Below are positions 47,275 to 55,953 of a DNA stretch of 64,000 nucleotides, one piece after another. The first letter of the stretch is position 1. Each line of letters begins with the position of its first letter. Both the position numbers and the translations under genes were made by a program. Below the pieces are notes generated by a model. That model did not search any database, was not told the origin of the DNA, and was given only the letters and a program-made list of their open reading frames with translations. The stretch comes from Bacteroidales bacterium (GTDB lineage: Bacteria; Bacteroidota; Bacteroidia; Bacteroidales; JAAYJT01), in the NCBI GenBank assembly GCA_034370405.1, contig JAXMKY010000026.1, positions 2,740 through 66,739 on the forward strand, written 5' to 3'.

Positions 47275-48261
47275 TCACCTACGCAAAGATAGAGATTTAT
47301 TCTCCTTGTTTTTATGGCTAAATCCAGGTTGGATAAAAAACACTATCGAGCCATGCAGCGAATGATGGTATATATCGTTCAGGCCTTTCTGATACTTTAA
47401 GCGAAAGGAGTTTTTTGTGAGGTTGTATTCATATATCACCCTTAGCACTATGGGGTCATCGCGAAGTTGCAGGTAACCAAGATATCCGGCTAACTCGGTG
47501 GAAAAAGTATGTTTTTGAACTTTCAATTGCGAACCGGCACCAAAAAGGAAGGCATCGTTTTGCCGGTAAAGGGAAAAGCCGGTTTGCCATGCATAGAACC
47601 CCAACATGGAGTAGAAACGCCACTGGTGGCTTGATGTGGCATCTTTTCGCGGCAGTGTTTTACCAAATGTTAAATCGAAAAAATATCCAGGTGCGTCGGT
47701 ATGCCGGGCATCGGCGAGGCGTGTGCCCGAAGCTGTACGGACATTGATGCGCAACACCATATCGGGCCAGCGACTGCCACGTAAAAGTGTGAAGTAGGAA
47801 GTCACATTGATATCGCTAGTAGCAAAGCCTTCTACATGTAAGTTTCTTGCGCGCCGTTCGTCGCGTAGCAAGGTGTCGGTCTTGTAATATTCAATTGAAG
47901 TGTGATTTATTTCGAGAGCAGCACTTCCCTTGGCAAAAGGAAAATATAGACTTATGGAGCCGTCAATAATTAGCTCTCCAGGCTGGATGTGTAACCCTGC
48001 CCCGGGTTCGATATTGATATTGTGATTGAGATAACCGTCGAGCATGCGCGGCACGGGCAAGGCATTGGGCCCCATGTACCCGGGAGAATACAGCATATAA
48101 CTAGTCCAGTTGCTTGCGCCATCCCAATTGTGCTTCAGGTTCCACCAATGATAATTTTTCTGTGCCAGAACCTGGTGCGGAAAACATAGCAGCAACAGAA
48201 AGCCAATCACATAACCAAGCAGTTGACTATGGCGTTTATTTAAAAACAGTCTTTCGATCAT
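47275..48261 (-). CDS. Hypothetical secreted / outer-membrane protein
   Basis: From ATG 48261 there is a good signal peptide (MIERLFLNKRHSQLLGYVIGFLLLLCFPHQVLA-Q). The sequence is beta-rich, aromatic and alternating. I recognised no family. A TACATTTG box lies upstream. Confidence 0.55.
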   Translation of the reverse strand: MIERLFLNKRHSQLLGYVIGFLLLLCFPHQVLAQKNYHWWNLKHNWDGASNWTSYMLYSPGYMGPNALPVPRMLDGYLNHNINIEPGAGLHIQPGELIIDGSISLYFPFAKGSAALEINHTSIEYYKTDTLLRDERRARNLHVEGFATSDINVTSYFTLLRGSRWPDMVLRINVRTASGTRLADARHTDAPGYFFDLTFGKTLPRKDATSSHQWRFYSMLGFYAWQTGFSLYRQNDAFLFGAGSQLKVQKHTFSTELAGYLGYLQLRDDPIVLRVIYEYNLTKNSFRLKYQKGLNDIYHHSLHGSIVFFIQPGFSHKNKENKSLSLRR

Positions 48262-48316
48262 ATGATTGTTTATCTTGATTGCCTCTTCCGGAAAGCAAGA
48301 AGCCATTTTTGACTTG

Positions 48317-48324
48317 CAAATGTA
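48317..48324 (-). promoter_or_regulatory. -7 box TACATTTG for the 47275-48261 gene
   Basis: The plus strand reads caaatgta. It is one of a pair of divergent boxes 33 bp apart. Confidence 0.4.
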
Positions 48325-48356
48325 AGAACCACAATGTCAGATTCGTCCATATTTCC

Positions 48357-48364
48357 TATTTTTG
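48357..48364 (+). promoter_or_regulatory. -7 box TATTTTTG for the 48395-49171 gene
   Basis: Exact match, 31 bp upstream of ATG 48395. Confidence 0.45.
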
Positions 48365-48394
48365 CATTGATCTTTTGCTTCAAACAAATAACAA

Positions 48395-49171
48395 ATGAGC
48401 TTAAAATTATTGAAAATAAGTCAATTAGCCTTATTATTTGGATTATTTTTTCTATCACTTCAGGCTAACGGCCAGGTAAAAATCAGCCAAGAAAAAGCAG
48501 GATTTCCTTTGTTTCATGCCTTTTATTCATTTCAACTGCCCGGGCACGACCTGACCGAACGTTTTGGCAGCAATTCAGTGATCGGTACCGGGTTTTTATA
48601 TAAAACAAAGTACAATTTGCTGTTGGGCGTTGATGGTGGTCTTATTTTCAGCGAAAATGTCAGAAACAAAGATCAATACCTGGAAAACATCGCCACCAGC
48701 GAAGGATATTTGATTTCGGAGAGCGGTACTTTTGCCAGTGTTTTTCTTCATGAACGTGGTTTTTATGCGGGAGCTAAGCTGGGAGGCATTATACCCGTAT
48801 TTGGGCCAAATCCAAATTCAGGGTTGATGATTTTGCTAGGTGGTGGCATACTCCAGCACAAAATCCGCATCGAAGACACTGATAATAACACCCCACAGGT
48901 GTTTGGCGACTACAAAAAAGGATACGACCGCCTAACCAACGGACCCTCCATCAGCCAGTTTATCGGCTATATTCATTTTGATAATACCCGCGTCATTAAT
49001 TTTCATGTAGGCCTTGAGTTAATACAGGCCTGGACACGTTCCTTGCGCCCATGGGACTTCGACCGTATGCAGCCCGATACACGGAAACGATTCGATACCT
49101 TGTGGGGCATAAGGTTGGGTTGGATACTGCCCCTTTACAAACGTGCCCCACAAGAATACTATTATTACTAG
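48395..49171 (+). CDS. Hypothetical secreted / outer-membrane beta-barrel-like protein
   Basis: The signal peptide is ..FFLSLQANGQ. Gly/aromatic-rich alternating strands are present, and the C-terminus is aromatic (..QEYYYY). A TATTTTTG box lies 31 bp upstream. I recognised no family. Confidence 0.55.
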   Translation: MSLKLLKISQLALLFGLFFLSLQANGQVKISQEKAGFPLFHAFYSFQLPGHDLTERFGSNSVIGTGFLYKTKYNLLLGVDGGLIFSENVRNKDQYLENIATSEGYLISESGTFASVFLHERGFYAGAKLGGIIPVFGPNPNSGLMILLGGGILQHKIRIEDTDNNTPQVFGDYKKGYDRLTNGPSISQFIGYIHFDNTRVINFHVGLELIQAWTRSLRPWDFDRMQPDTRKRFDTLWGIRLGWILPLYKRAPQEYYYY

Positions 49172-49175
49172 TGTC

Positions 49176-50423
49176 ATGCACTGGCTCTATAACATAGCTA
49201 TCAGGGCTTACCTCCTAAGCATTCGTTTTTCCTCATATTTTAATCCCAAAGCAAGGAAATGGATCGAAGGACGTAGAGACGTGTTCGACAAGCTCAATCA
49301 AATTCCTGACGATAATCGCCCTCTTGCCTGGTTTCATTGTGCTTCGCTTGGAGAATTTGAGCAGGGACGACCTGTTATTGAAGCTTTCCGCACACATTAT
49401 CCACATTATCGGATACTGCTCACTTTCTTCTCACCTTCGGGTTACGAGATCAGGAAGAACTACAAACAGGCCGACGTGGTTTGCTACTTGCCTGCCGACA
49501 CACCCGGAAATGCAAGCCGATTTGTCGAAAGAATCAATGCCTCCTTGGTAGTATTTGTAAAATACGAATATTGGCACAATTTCATTCACCAGATCACACG
49601 ACGGCAGATGCCTTTTTATGTGCTCTCGGCCAATTTTCGTAATGACCAATATTTTTTCCGGTGGTGGGGGAAATGGTTTTTGAAAAACATGAAAAAAACC
49701 ACTCATTTTTTTGTACAGCACCAGGATTCGGCCCTCTTACTGCAACATCATAACATTAAGCACGTTACAATAACCGGCGACACGCGTCTCGACAGGGTAA
49801 TGGCCATTGCCAACGAAGAAATTTCGCTACCAATAATTGAGAAATTTGTTGCCGGGCACAAGGTGCTGGTCGCCGGAAGCACTTGGCCCCCTGACGAAAA
49901 ACTGCTTGCCAGGCTCATCATGGAAGTTTCCCAACCCATTAAACTAATCATAGCCCCGCACGAAATAAACGAAAGCCACCTTGGTAACCTGGAATCCATT
50001 TTCAAGGATAAAGCTATCAGGTATTCTGCTGCTACTATACCTTGTGAAGATAAAAGAGTGTTGATCATTGACAGCATCGGTAAGTTATCAAAAATCTACC
50101 GTTTCGGGCAATTTGCTTACGTAGGCGGGGGCTTCGGTGCTGGCATCCACAATGTGTCGGAGGCGGCAGTGTATGGTGTTCCGGTTATTTTCGGGCCTAA
50201 TTTTCATAAATTCCGCGAAGCACACGACCTTATTGGGTTAGGTGGTGCCTTCAGCATCAATGATTTTACCGGATTGTTGGAGGTTTTCGATAGGCTTTGC
50301 TCCGATCTTGTTACCTGGCAACACAGCGCAGATGCCTGCCGCTATTATTTATTGCAACATGCGGGTGCCACCGAAAAAGTGATGAAGGTGTTAGAGTCCG
50401 GTATTGAGGGCGGGAAGCATTAA
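49176..50423 (+). CDS. waaA: 3-deoxy-D-manno-octulosonic acid (Kdo) transferase
   Basis: WFHCASLGEFEQGRPVIE and LTFFSPSGYE are present, with a C-terminal GT-B half (VGGGFGAGIHNVSEAAVYGVPVIFGPN). ATG 49176 lies 4 nt after the upstream stop. Confidence 0.9.
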   Translation: MHWLYNIAIRAYLLSIRFSSYFNPKARKWIEGRRDVFDKLNQIPDDNRPLAWFHCASLGEFEQGRPVIEAFRTHYPHYRILLTFFSPSGYEIRKNYKQADVVCYLPADTPGNASRFVERINASLVVFVKYEYWHNFIHQITRRQMPFYVLSANFRNDQYFFRWWGKWFLKNMKKTTHFFVQHQDSALLLQHHNIKHVTITGDTRLDRVMAIANEEISLPIIEKFVAGHKVLVAGSTWPPDEKLLARLIMEVSQPIKLIIAPHEINESHLGNLESIFKDKAIRYSAATIPCEDKRVLIIDSIGKLSKIYRFGQFAYVGGGFGAGIHNVSEAAVYGVPVIFGPNFHKFREAHDLIGLGGAFSINDFTGLLEVFDRLCSDLVTWQHSADACRYYLLQHAGATEKVMKVLESGIEGGKH

Positions 50424-50460
50424 AGTATACTACAATCGGGAACAACTTATGGTTTAAAAG

Positions 50461-50545
50461 TTGGCAGCGGCAGTAGCAGCAGCAGTCCTGCTTACTGCCT
50501 ACTGCCGCTGCTACTGCATTTATAACCGTTCAAAGCATAATACCC
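50461..50545 (-). repeat. GCAG-rich structured intergenic repeat, copy 2 (inverted relative to copy 1)
   Basis: The sequence is ggcagcggcagtagcagcagcagtcctgcttactgcctactgccgctgctactgcatttataaccgttcaaagcataataccc. A 13-bp stem pairs gcagcggcagtag with ctactgccgctgc. Confidence 0.8.
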
Positions 50546-50639
50546 GTTCAGCATCGGTAAGGTTGTGTTGAGAAATTCTCATGATCGGAAGTACCGCGTT
50601 TTGTTATTTCATTTACTTTGGCAGACAACGGAATAGCAT

Positions 50640-50647
50640 TATCTTTG
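50640..50647 (+). promoter_or_regulatory. -7 box TATCTTTG with -33 TTTG (50617-50620) upstream of pdxA
   Basis: Exact match. The 19-bp spacer to an upstream TTTG fits the consensus spacing. It lies 45 bp upstream of ATG 50692. Confidence 0.55.
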
Positions 50648-50691
50648 CACCATAACCACTCATAAGGTCAAAAACCTTAATCGCTCTATGT

Positions 50692-51774
50692 ATGAACAAA
50701 ATAATTGACGAAGACTATAAAATCAAGGTTGGTATCACTACTGGCGACACTAACGGCATTGGCTATGAGATTATCATCAAAGCGCTTGCCGACCAACGCA
50801 TGACCGAAATTTGCACTCCAATCGTTTATGGCTCCTCCAAAGCAGCTTCTTACCATCGTAAAACATTGAACATTAGTGATTTTAATTTTAATATCATCCG
50901 CAAAGCCGACCAGGCAAACCCCAAAAAGCCCAATATTGTGAATCTCCTGGAACAGGAGATAAAAATTGACCTGGGGCAGGATACAGTAGTTGGAGGTGAA
51001 ATGGCCTTGTTATCGCTCGAAGCCGCCGTTGACGACTTGCGCAAAGGCCAGATTGATGTGCTGGTTACAGCGCCAATTAATAAGCATAGCATCCGCCAGG
51101 CAGGTTTCCATTTTCAAGGTCACACTGAGTATCTCGCTAATCGTTTTGGTTCTGATGATTACCTTATGCTCATGATAAGCCGTAACTTGCGTATTGGCGT
51201 AATAACTGGCCATATCCCCCTACACGAAGTCCCCTCGTCGTTGAGTGCAAGCTTGATCTCAAAAAAAGTTAAGATACTCCATCAGAGTCTGATACAAGAT
51301 TTTGCGATTCCGAAACCAAAAATTGCCCTACTTGGTCTGAACCCACACGCTGGCGACAGGGGCGTAATCGGTACTGATGAACAAACGCTTATTGAACCGG
51401 TTATTAAGACTCTTTTTGATGAAGGGTTGTTGGTATTCGGACCTTATCCTGCTGATGGTTTCTTTGGTTTGGGCACTTATCGCCAGTTTGATGGAGTTCT
51501 CGCCATGTATCACGACCAGGGCATGCTCCCATTCAAAACCCTTTCATTCGATACTGGAGTAAATTTCACAGCCGGGTTGCCCATTGTAAGAACTTCGCCT
51601 GCCCATGGCACCGCTTATGAAATTGCCGGAAAAGATCAGGCTTCGCCCGACGCATTCAGGGAAGCCCTTTACTTTGCCTGCGATATTTTAAGGAACCGTG
51701 CGCAATACAACGAACTGATAAGCAACCCCCTCGGTAGCGACCCTGCGATGCGAGGAGGCCAAACAGAATCGTGA
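50692..51774 (+). CDS. pdxA: 4-hydroxythreonine-4-phosphate dehydrogenase
   Basis: TGDTNGIGYEI, VTAPINK, GHTEYLA, GLNPHAGD and VRTSPAHGTA are present. A TATCTTTG box with TTTG 19 bp upstream precedes the gene. Confidence 0.93.
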   Translation: MNKIIDEDYKIKVGITTGDTNGIGYEIIIKALADQRMTEICTPIVYGSSKAASYHRKTLNISDFNFNIIRKADQANPKKPNIVNLLEQEIKIDLGQDTVVGGEMALLSLEAAVDDLRKGQIDVLVTAPINKHSIRQAGFHFQGHTEYLANRFGSDDYLMLMISRNLRIGVITGHIPLHEVPSSLSASLISKKVKILHQSLIQDFAIPKPKIALLGLNPHAGDRGVIGTDEQTLIEPVIKTLFDEGLLVFGPYPADGFFGLGTYRQFDGVLAMYHDQGMLPFKTLSFDTGVNFTAGLPIVRTSPAHGTAYEIAGKDQASPDAFREALYFACDILRNRAQYNELISNPLGSDPAMRGGQTES

Positions 51775-51789
51775 ACCCATTATCTGCAC

Positions 51790-54285
51790 ATGCAAACCCA
51801 ACTCTATAATGCCCGTAGCATATCCCGGATATTGGGAGCAAGCCTGGTGGAAGGAGAAAATCCGGAGACTCCTGTATATCACCTGCTAACTGATAGCCGA
51901 AAAATTGTTTCAGCCAAGGATGATTTGTTTTTCGCCCTCACTACCCAACGAAATGATGGCCACAATTATGTGAATGAGCTGATTGATAAGGGGCTAATAA
52001 ACTTTGTGGTCAAAGAAATCAGGGATGAATCGTGGCTGACAAGTAAGGCCAATTTCATTCTTGTTGATGATACCTTGTTGGCACTTCAATACCTTGCTGC
52101 ATGGCACCGAAGACAATTCAATATTCCTGTGATTGGGATCACCGGCAGTAATGGTAAAACAATAGTGAAAGAGTGGCTGTGGCAATTGATGGCAGATAAT
52201 TTCAACGTGGTTCGTAGCCCTAAAAGCTTTAATTCCCAGATCGGCGTACCGCTTTCGGTTTGGCAGATGAGCGAAACCCGCGATATAGGCATTTTCGAAG
52301 CCGGTATATCAATACCTGGCGAGATGGAGAAACTCGAACCCATCATCAGGCCAACATTAGGAATCTTTACAAACCTTGGACCGGCACACAATGCGAATTT
52401 CATGGGAATGCACCAGAAAGCCACTGAAAAATTGCAGCTTTTCAAGAATTGCAACGAGCTAATTTGTTGTGCCGATCATCAGGTTATTATTGATGCTTAC
52501 AGCCAGCTTGCATGGGCGAAAAAGCCCAGGCTCATCAAATGGAGCCGGGCCCAGGAAAATGCCCACCTGCACGTCCTGACTTGCAACAAGCGTGATGGTG
52601 CCACGCGAATCGTTGGCCGTTACAATTATAATCAATTGGAAATCAATGTACCGTTTACCGACGAGGCATCCATTGAAAATGTGATCACCTGCTGGTTGAC
52701 CTTGCTACACTTGGGTTTGAAGCATGAGGAAATAGCAGAACGGGTTTCACAGCTTCATCCGGTGGCCATGCGCATGGAAATGAAAGAAGGTATAAACAAC
52801 TGCACGCTGATTGACGACAGTTATAGTTCCGACTTTTTTTCGCTGGGTATTGCACTTGATTTTCTGAACCAACAAACACAACATCCCCAAAAAACACTTA
52901 TCCTCTCAGATATGCAGCAAAGCGGGCTCAGTGAAGAGCGGTTGTACGACTCCATTGGCCGTCTTGTTTTTAGCAAGCATCCCGATCGTTTTATTGGAAT
53001 TGGCCCAGCCATCAGCCGCCAGAAAACCCATTTTGCACCACAATCGGTTTTTTTCAACACTACGGAAGAATTCCTTAGGAACATGCACATGTTGCGTTTC
53101 GAAAATGAAAGTATACTAGTGAAAGGAGCAAGGATATTTGGGTTCGAAAGGATCATACATGCCATGCAACAGAAAAAACACGAAACGGTGCTCGAGATCA
53201 ACCTGGATGCCTTGGTGCATAACCTAAACTATTACCGCCGCTTAGTTAATCCGGGGGTTAAGCTCATGGCTATGGTGAAAGCGTTCAGCTATGGCAGCGG
53301 CAGTTTTGAAATAGCCAGCGTGTTACAGTATCATCGCGTTGACTATCTTGCCGTTGCTTATGCCGATGAAGGAGTGGAGCTGCGCAAGGCAGGCATCAAG
53401 CTCCCTATCATGATAATGAACCCCGAAGAGGAAGGATACGAGGATATTTTCAGTTATGGTCTGGAACCCGAGGTGTATAACTTCCGAACTTTGCAATTAC
53501 TTGAGCAAGCCCTTGAGCGTTATCAACAAGCGATGACCCTACCGGTTAAAATTCATGTGAAAGTGGATACTGGTATGAAACGACTCGGGTTCGATGCATT
53601 AGATTTGCCTCTTCTAGCTGAAAAATTAAGAAAAAACAAGCTTTTTATTGTTTGTTCCCTTTTTTCGCACCTGGCCGCCAGCGACGATGCGGAGCATGAT
53701 GTATTCACAAACCAGCAGATCTCGTTGTTTGGCACAATATGCAATCGGTTCAAAGAATTGCTTGGTTATGGTTTTATGTGCCATATACTCAACTCGGCAG
53801 GTATCAGCCGCTTTTCAACCGCTCAATATGATATGGTAAGGTTGGGTATAGGCCTTTATGGTCTCAGTAACCAGGAAGGTGAACTACCTTTGCTTCAGCA
53901 TGTGAGCACCCTGAAAAGCATCATCTCGCAAATCAGGCACATTGCTGCCGGAGTTTCTGTGGGTTATAACCGAGAGTTCATTGCAGATCGCGACATGCAG
54001 GTCGCTGTTGTGCCAGTAGGCTATGCAGATGGATTAAGTCGGCGGCTTAGCAACGGCCACTACAGTCTGCTGGTAAACAACCAATTGGCTCCCATTGTGG
54101 GTTTGATCAGCATGGATATGTGCATGATTGATATTACGGGCATTGCCGCAAACGAAGGTGATGAAGTCATCATTTTTTCTACTTCACACCCGATTACAAA
54201 CCTGGCTAAAGCAATGGAGACCATTCCCTACGAAGTATTAACAAGCATTTCCAGAAGGGTAAGGCGGGTATATTTTCAAGACTAA
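51790..54285 (+). CDS. Bifunctional UDP-MurNAc-tripeptide--D-Ala-D-Ala ligase (MurF) / alanine racemase (Alr) fusion
   Basis: The N-terminal half has the Mur ligase P-loop GITGSNGKT. The C-terminal half begins ETVLEINLDALVHN and has MAMVKAFSYGSG (PLP Lys region), VRLGIGLYG and ISMDMCMIDIT. Confidence 0.9.
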   Translation: MQTQLYNARSISRILGASLVEGENPETPVYHLLTDSRKIVSAKDDLFFALTTQRNDGHNYVNELIDKGLINFVVKEIRDESWLTSKANFILVDDTLLALQYLAAWHRRQFNIPVIGITGSNGKTIVKEWLWQLMADNFNVVRSPKSFNSQIGVPLSVWQMSETRDIGIFEAGISIPGEMEKLEPIIRPTLGIFTNLGPAHNANFMGMHQKATEKLQLFKNCNELICCADHQVIIDAYSQLAWAKKPRLIKWSRAQENAHLHVLTCNKRDGATRIVGRYNYNQLEINVPFTDEASIENVITCWLTLLHLGLKHEEIAERVSQLHPVAMRMEMKEGINNCTLIDDSYSSDFFSLGIALDFLNQQTQHPQKTLILSDMQQSGLSEERLYDSIGRLVFSKHPDRFIGIGPAISRQKTHFAPQSVFFNTTEEFLRNMHMLRFENESILVKGARIFGFERIIHAMQQKKHETVLEINLDALVHNLNYYRRLVNPGVKLMAMVKAFSYGSGSFEIASVLQYHRVDYLAVAYADEGVELRKAGIKLPIMIMNPEEEGYEDIFSYGLEPEVYNFRTLQLLEQALERYQQAMTLPVKIHVKVDTGMKRLGFDALDLPLLAEKLRKNKLFIVCSLFSHLAASDDAEHDVFTNQQISLFGTICNRFKELLGYGFMCHILNSAGISRFSTAQYDMVRLGIGLYGLSNQEGELPLLQHVSTLKSIISQIRHIAAGVSVGYNREFIADRDMQVAVVPVGYADGLSRRLSNGHYSLLVNNQLAPIVGLISMDMCMIDITGIAANEGDEVIIFSTSHPITNLAKAMETIPYEVLTSISRRVRRVYFQD

Positions 54286-54296
54286 ACAAACCAGCT

Positions 54297-55889
54297 ATGG
54301 GTGAGAAAAATTATTCAAATAAAGTGCCGGTTCTTTGGGAAGAAACACCAACTCATCCTCAGCGGTTCAATTATCGCTATTATGCGAAAGGAGCGTGGAA
54401 AGAGGGTTTTATCCCATTTTTGAAACACCTGAAGCGTTTTTTAACGGATAGAGATAACCGCCTGCAACAGCAAAACATCCTCGCGCTGCTGGTATTGCTG
54501 GTATTGCTGGTCTATTTTACGGTTATTTCGTTTCTTTCAGAAGGAACCTATGGTGGTGGTGATGATCTGCATCATTACCGTTTTGCGCGATATGCCTTTC
54601 GTTACCCGCATTTTTTACTCGACCACTGGGGTAAACCGCTCTTTACCGTCCTCAATGCCCCATTTGCACAAGCAGGTTATAACGGCGCCAGGTTATACAA
54701 CGTGTTGGCCGCGATGTTTACGGCGTTTTTTACATTCAAATTGATGCAAGCCAGGCAGCAGAAAAATGCCGTACTGATCATTTTCTTTGTATTATTTGCG
54801 CCGGTGTTTATGTCGCTCATCCCCAGTGTAATGACCGAGATCACCGGCAGCCTGTGCCTGGTTTTGGCCGTGTTCCTATATTTCCGAAAAAATTACGCGT
54901 GGGCGGCATTTGTGATCTCTTTCATCCCTATGGCACGCACCGAAGGCTTTCTAATCATCCCGTTGTTTTTGTTCATGCTCGCCATGCGCCGGCAATGGAA
55001 AGCATTGCCACTACTTCTTGCCGGGTCAGTTATATTTTCCTTAGCAGGATGGAAACATTATGGCGACCTTTTCTGGATCATAACCAAAATACCTTATGGG
55101 TCTTTTTCTGCTGATATTTACGGCAGCGGAAATTTGTTTTTTTATGTTAATCCTGACGGCCTAAAAATGATTATTGGATTCCCCTTGGCGGTTTTATTTG
55201 TGATTGGAATCCTGCGTCATTTTTATGAATTAATTAAAAGCCGTTTCAGCCTGAAGACATACCATTTTGATGAATTTATCCTGATTTTTTTACCTGTAAT
55301 TATTGTGCTTGTCTTCCATTCCCTGGCATGGTATCTGGGCACTGGCGCACTTGCGCTTCATCGGTTTATGGTACTGGTGATTCCTCTGGCTGTCTTTTTC
55401 AGTCTTAAAGGATTTAATTGGCTTGAAAAGCTTTTGTCATTTAATATCCGGGCTATCCAGCTTGTTTTGAGTTTATTGGTCGTAGTGTTGGTAATCCGCA
55501 CAACTGTTGCTACCTACAGATTTCCGGTTCCTTTGAGTTCGCCGGCAATTCTTGTAAAAGAAGCCTGTGATTGGATTGAAGACAATGATCTGAATAGAAA
55601 AAAAATTTATTACTTTGATCCCAATGTGTTTTTCTTCCTCGACATTGATCCACACGATGAAAACAAAATACATTGCGAAGTTTATGATGTGCATGATCCC
55701 GGGGTGCGCATAGAACCGGGTTCTGTTCTTATATGGGATGCCCATTTTGGGCCTAACGAAGGAAGACTTCCCCTGGAAAGACTAACAGGGAGTAGTGATT
55801 TTATTGAATTGAGAAGGTTTGAGCCTCAGTATCCTTTCCAGGTGCTGGGTGGTTATTATTATGCGGTTTATGTGTTTCAACGGATATGA
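54297..55889 (+). CDS. Polytopic membrane protein, GT-C-like glycosyltransferase (tentative)
   Basis: 530 aa. After TM1 there is an acidic first-loop motif EGTYGGGDDLHHYRFARYAF. At least 9 further hydrophobic helices follow, then a ~130-aa soluble C-terminal domain. This layout is as in ArnT/PMT-type enzymes. Confidence 0.5.
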   Translation: MGEKNYSNKVPVLWEETPTHPQRFNYRYYAKGAWKEGFIPFLKHLKRFLTDRDNRLQQQNILALLVLLVLLVYFTVISFLSEGTYGGGDDLHHYRFARYAFRYPHFLLDHWGKPLFTVLNAPFAQAGYNGARLYNVLAAMFTAFFTFKLMQARQQKNAVLIIFFVLFAPVFMSLIPSVMTEITGSLCLVLAVFLYFRKNYAWAAFVISFIPMARTEGFLIIPLFLFMLAMRRQWKALPLLLAGSVIFSLAGWKHYGDLFWIITKIPYGSFSADIYGSGNLFFYVNPDGLKMIIGFPLAVLFVIGILRHFYELIKSRFSLKTYHFDEFILIFLPVIIVLVFHSLAWYLGTGALALHRFMVLVIPLAVFFSLKGFNWLEKLLSFNIRAIQLVLSLLVVVLVIRTTVATYRFPVPLSSPAILVKEACDWIEDNDLNRKKIYYFDPNVFFFLDIDPHDENKIHCEVYDVHDPGVRIEPGSVLIWDAHFGPNEGRLPLERLTGSSDFIELRRFEPQYPFQVLGGYYYAVYVFQRI

Positions 55890-55953
55890 CACCGGGTATC
55901 ATTGCCTGCCATTGTGAGACATATTTCATATATAGAGCTAAATCTAAACATCT

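Noticed and set aside
54488-54512. Nucleotide tandem repeat ctggtattg x2.5.
   Set aside because: It lies within the first TM helix of the 530-aa protein and encodes LLVLLVLLV. It is a coding repeat, not a regulatory element.
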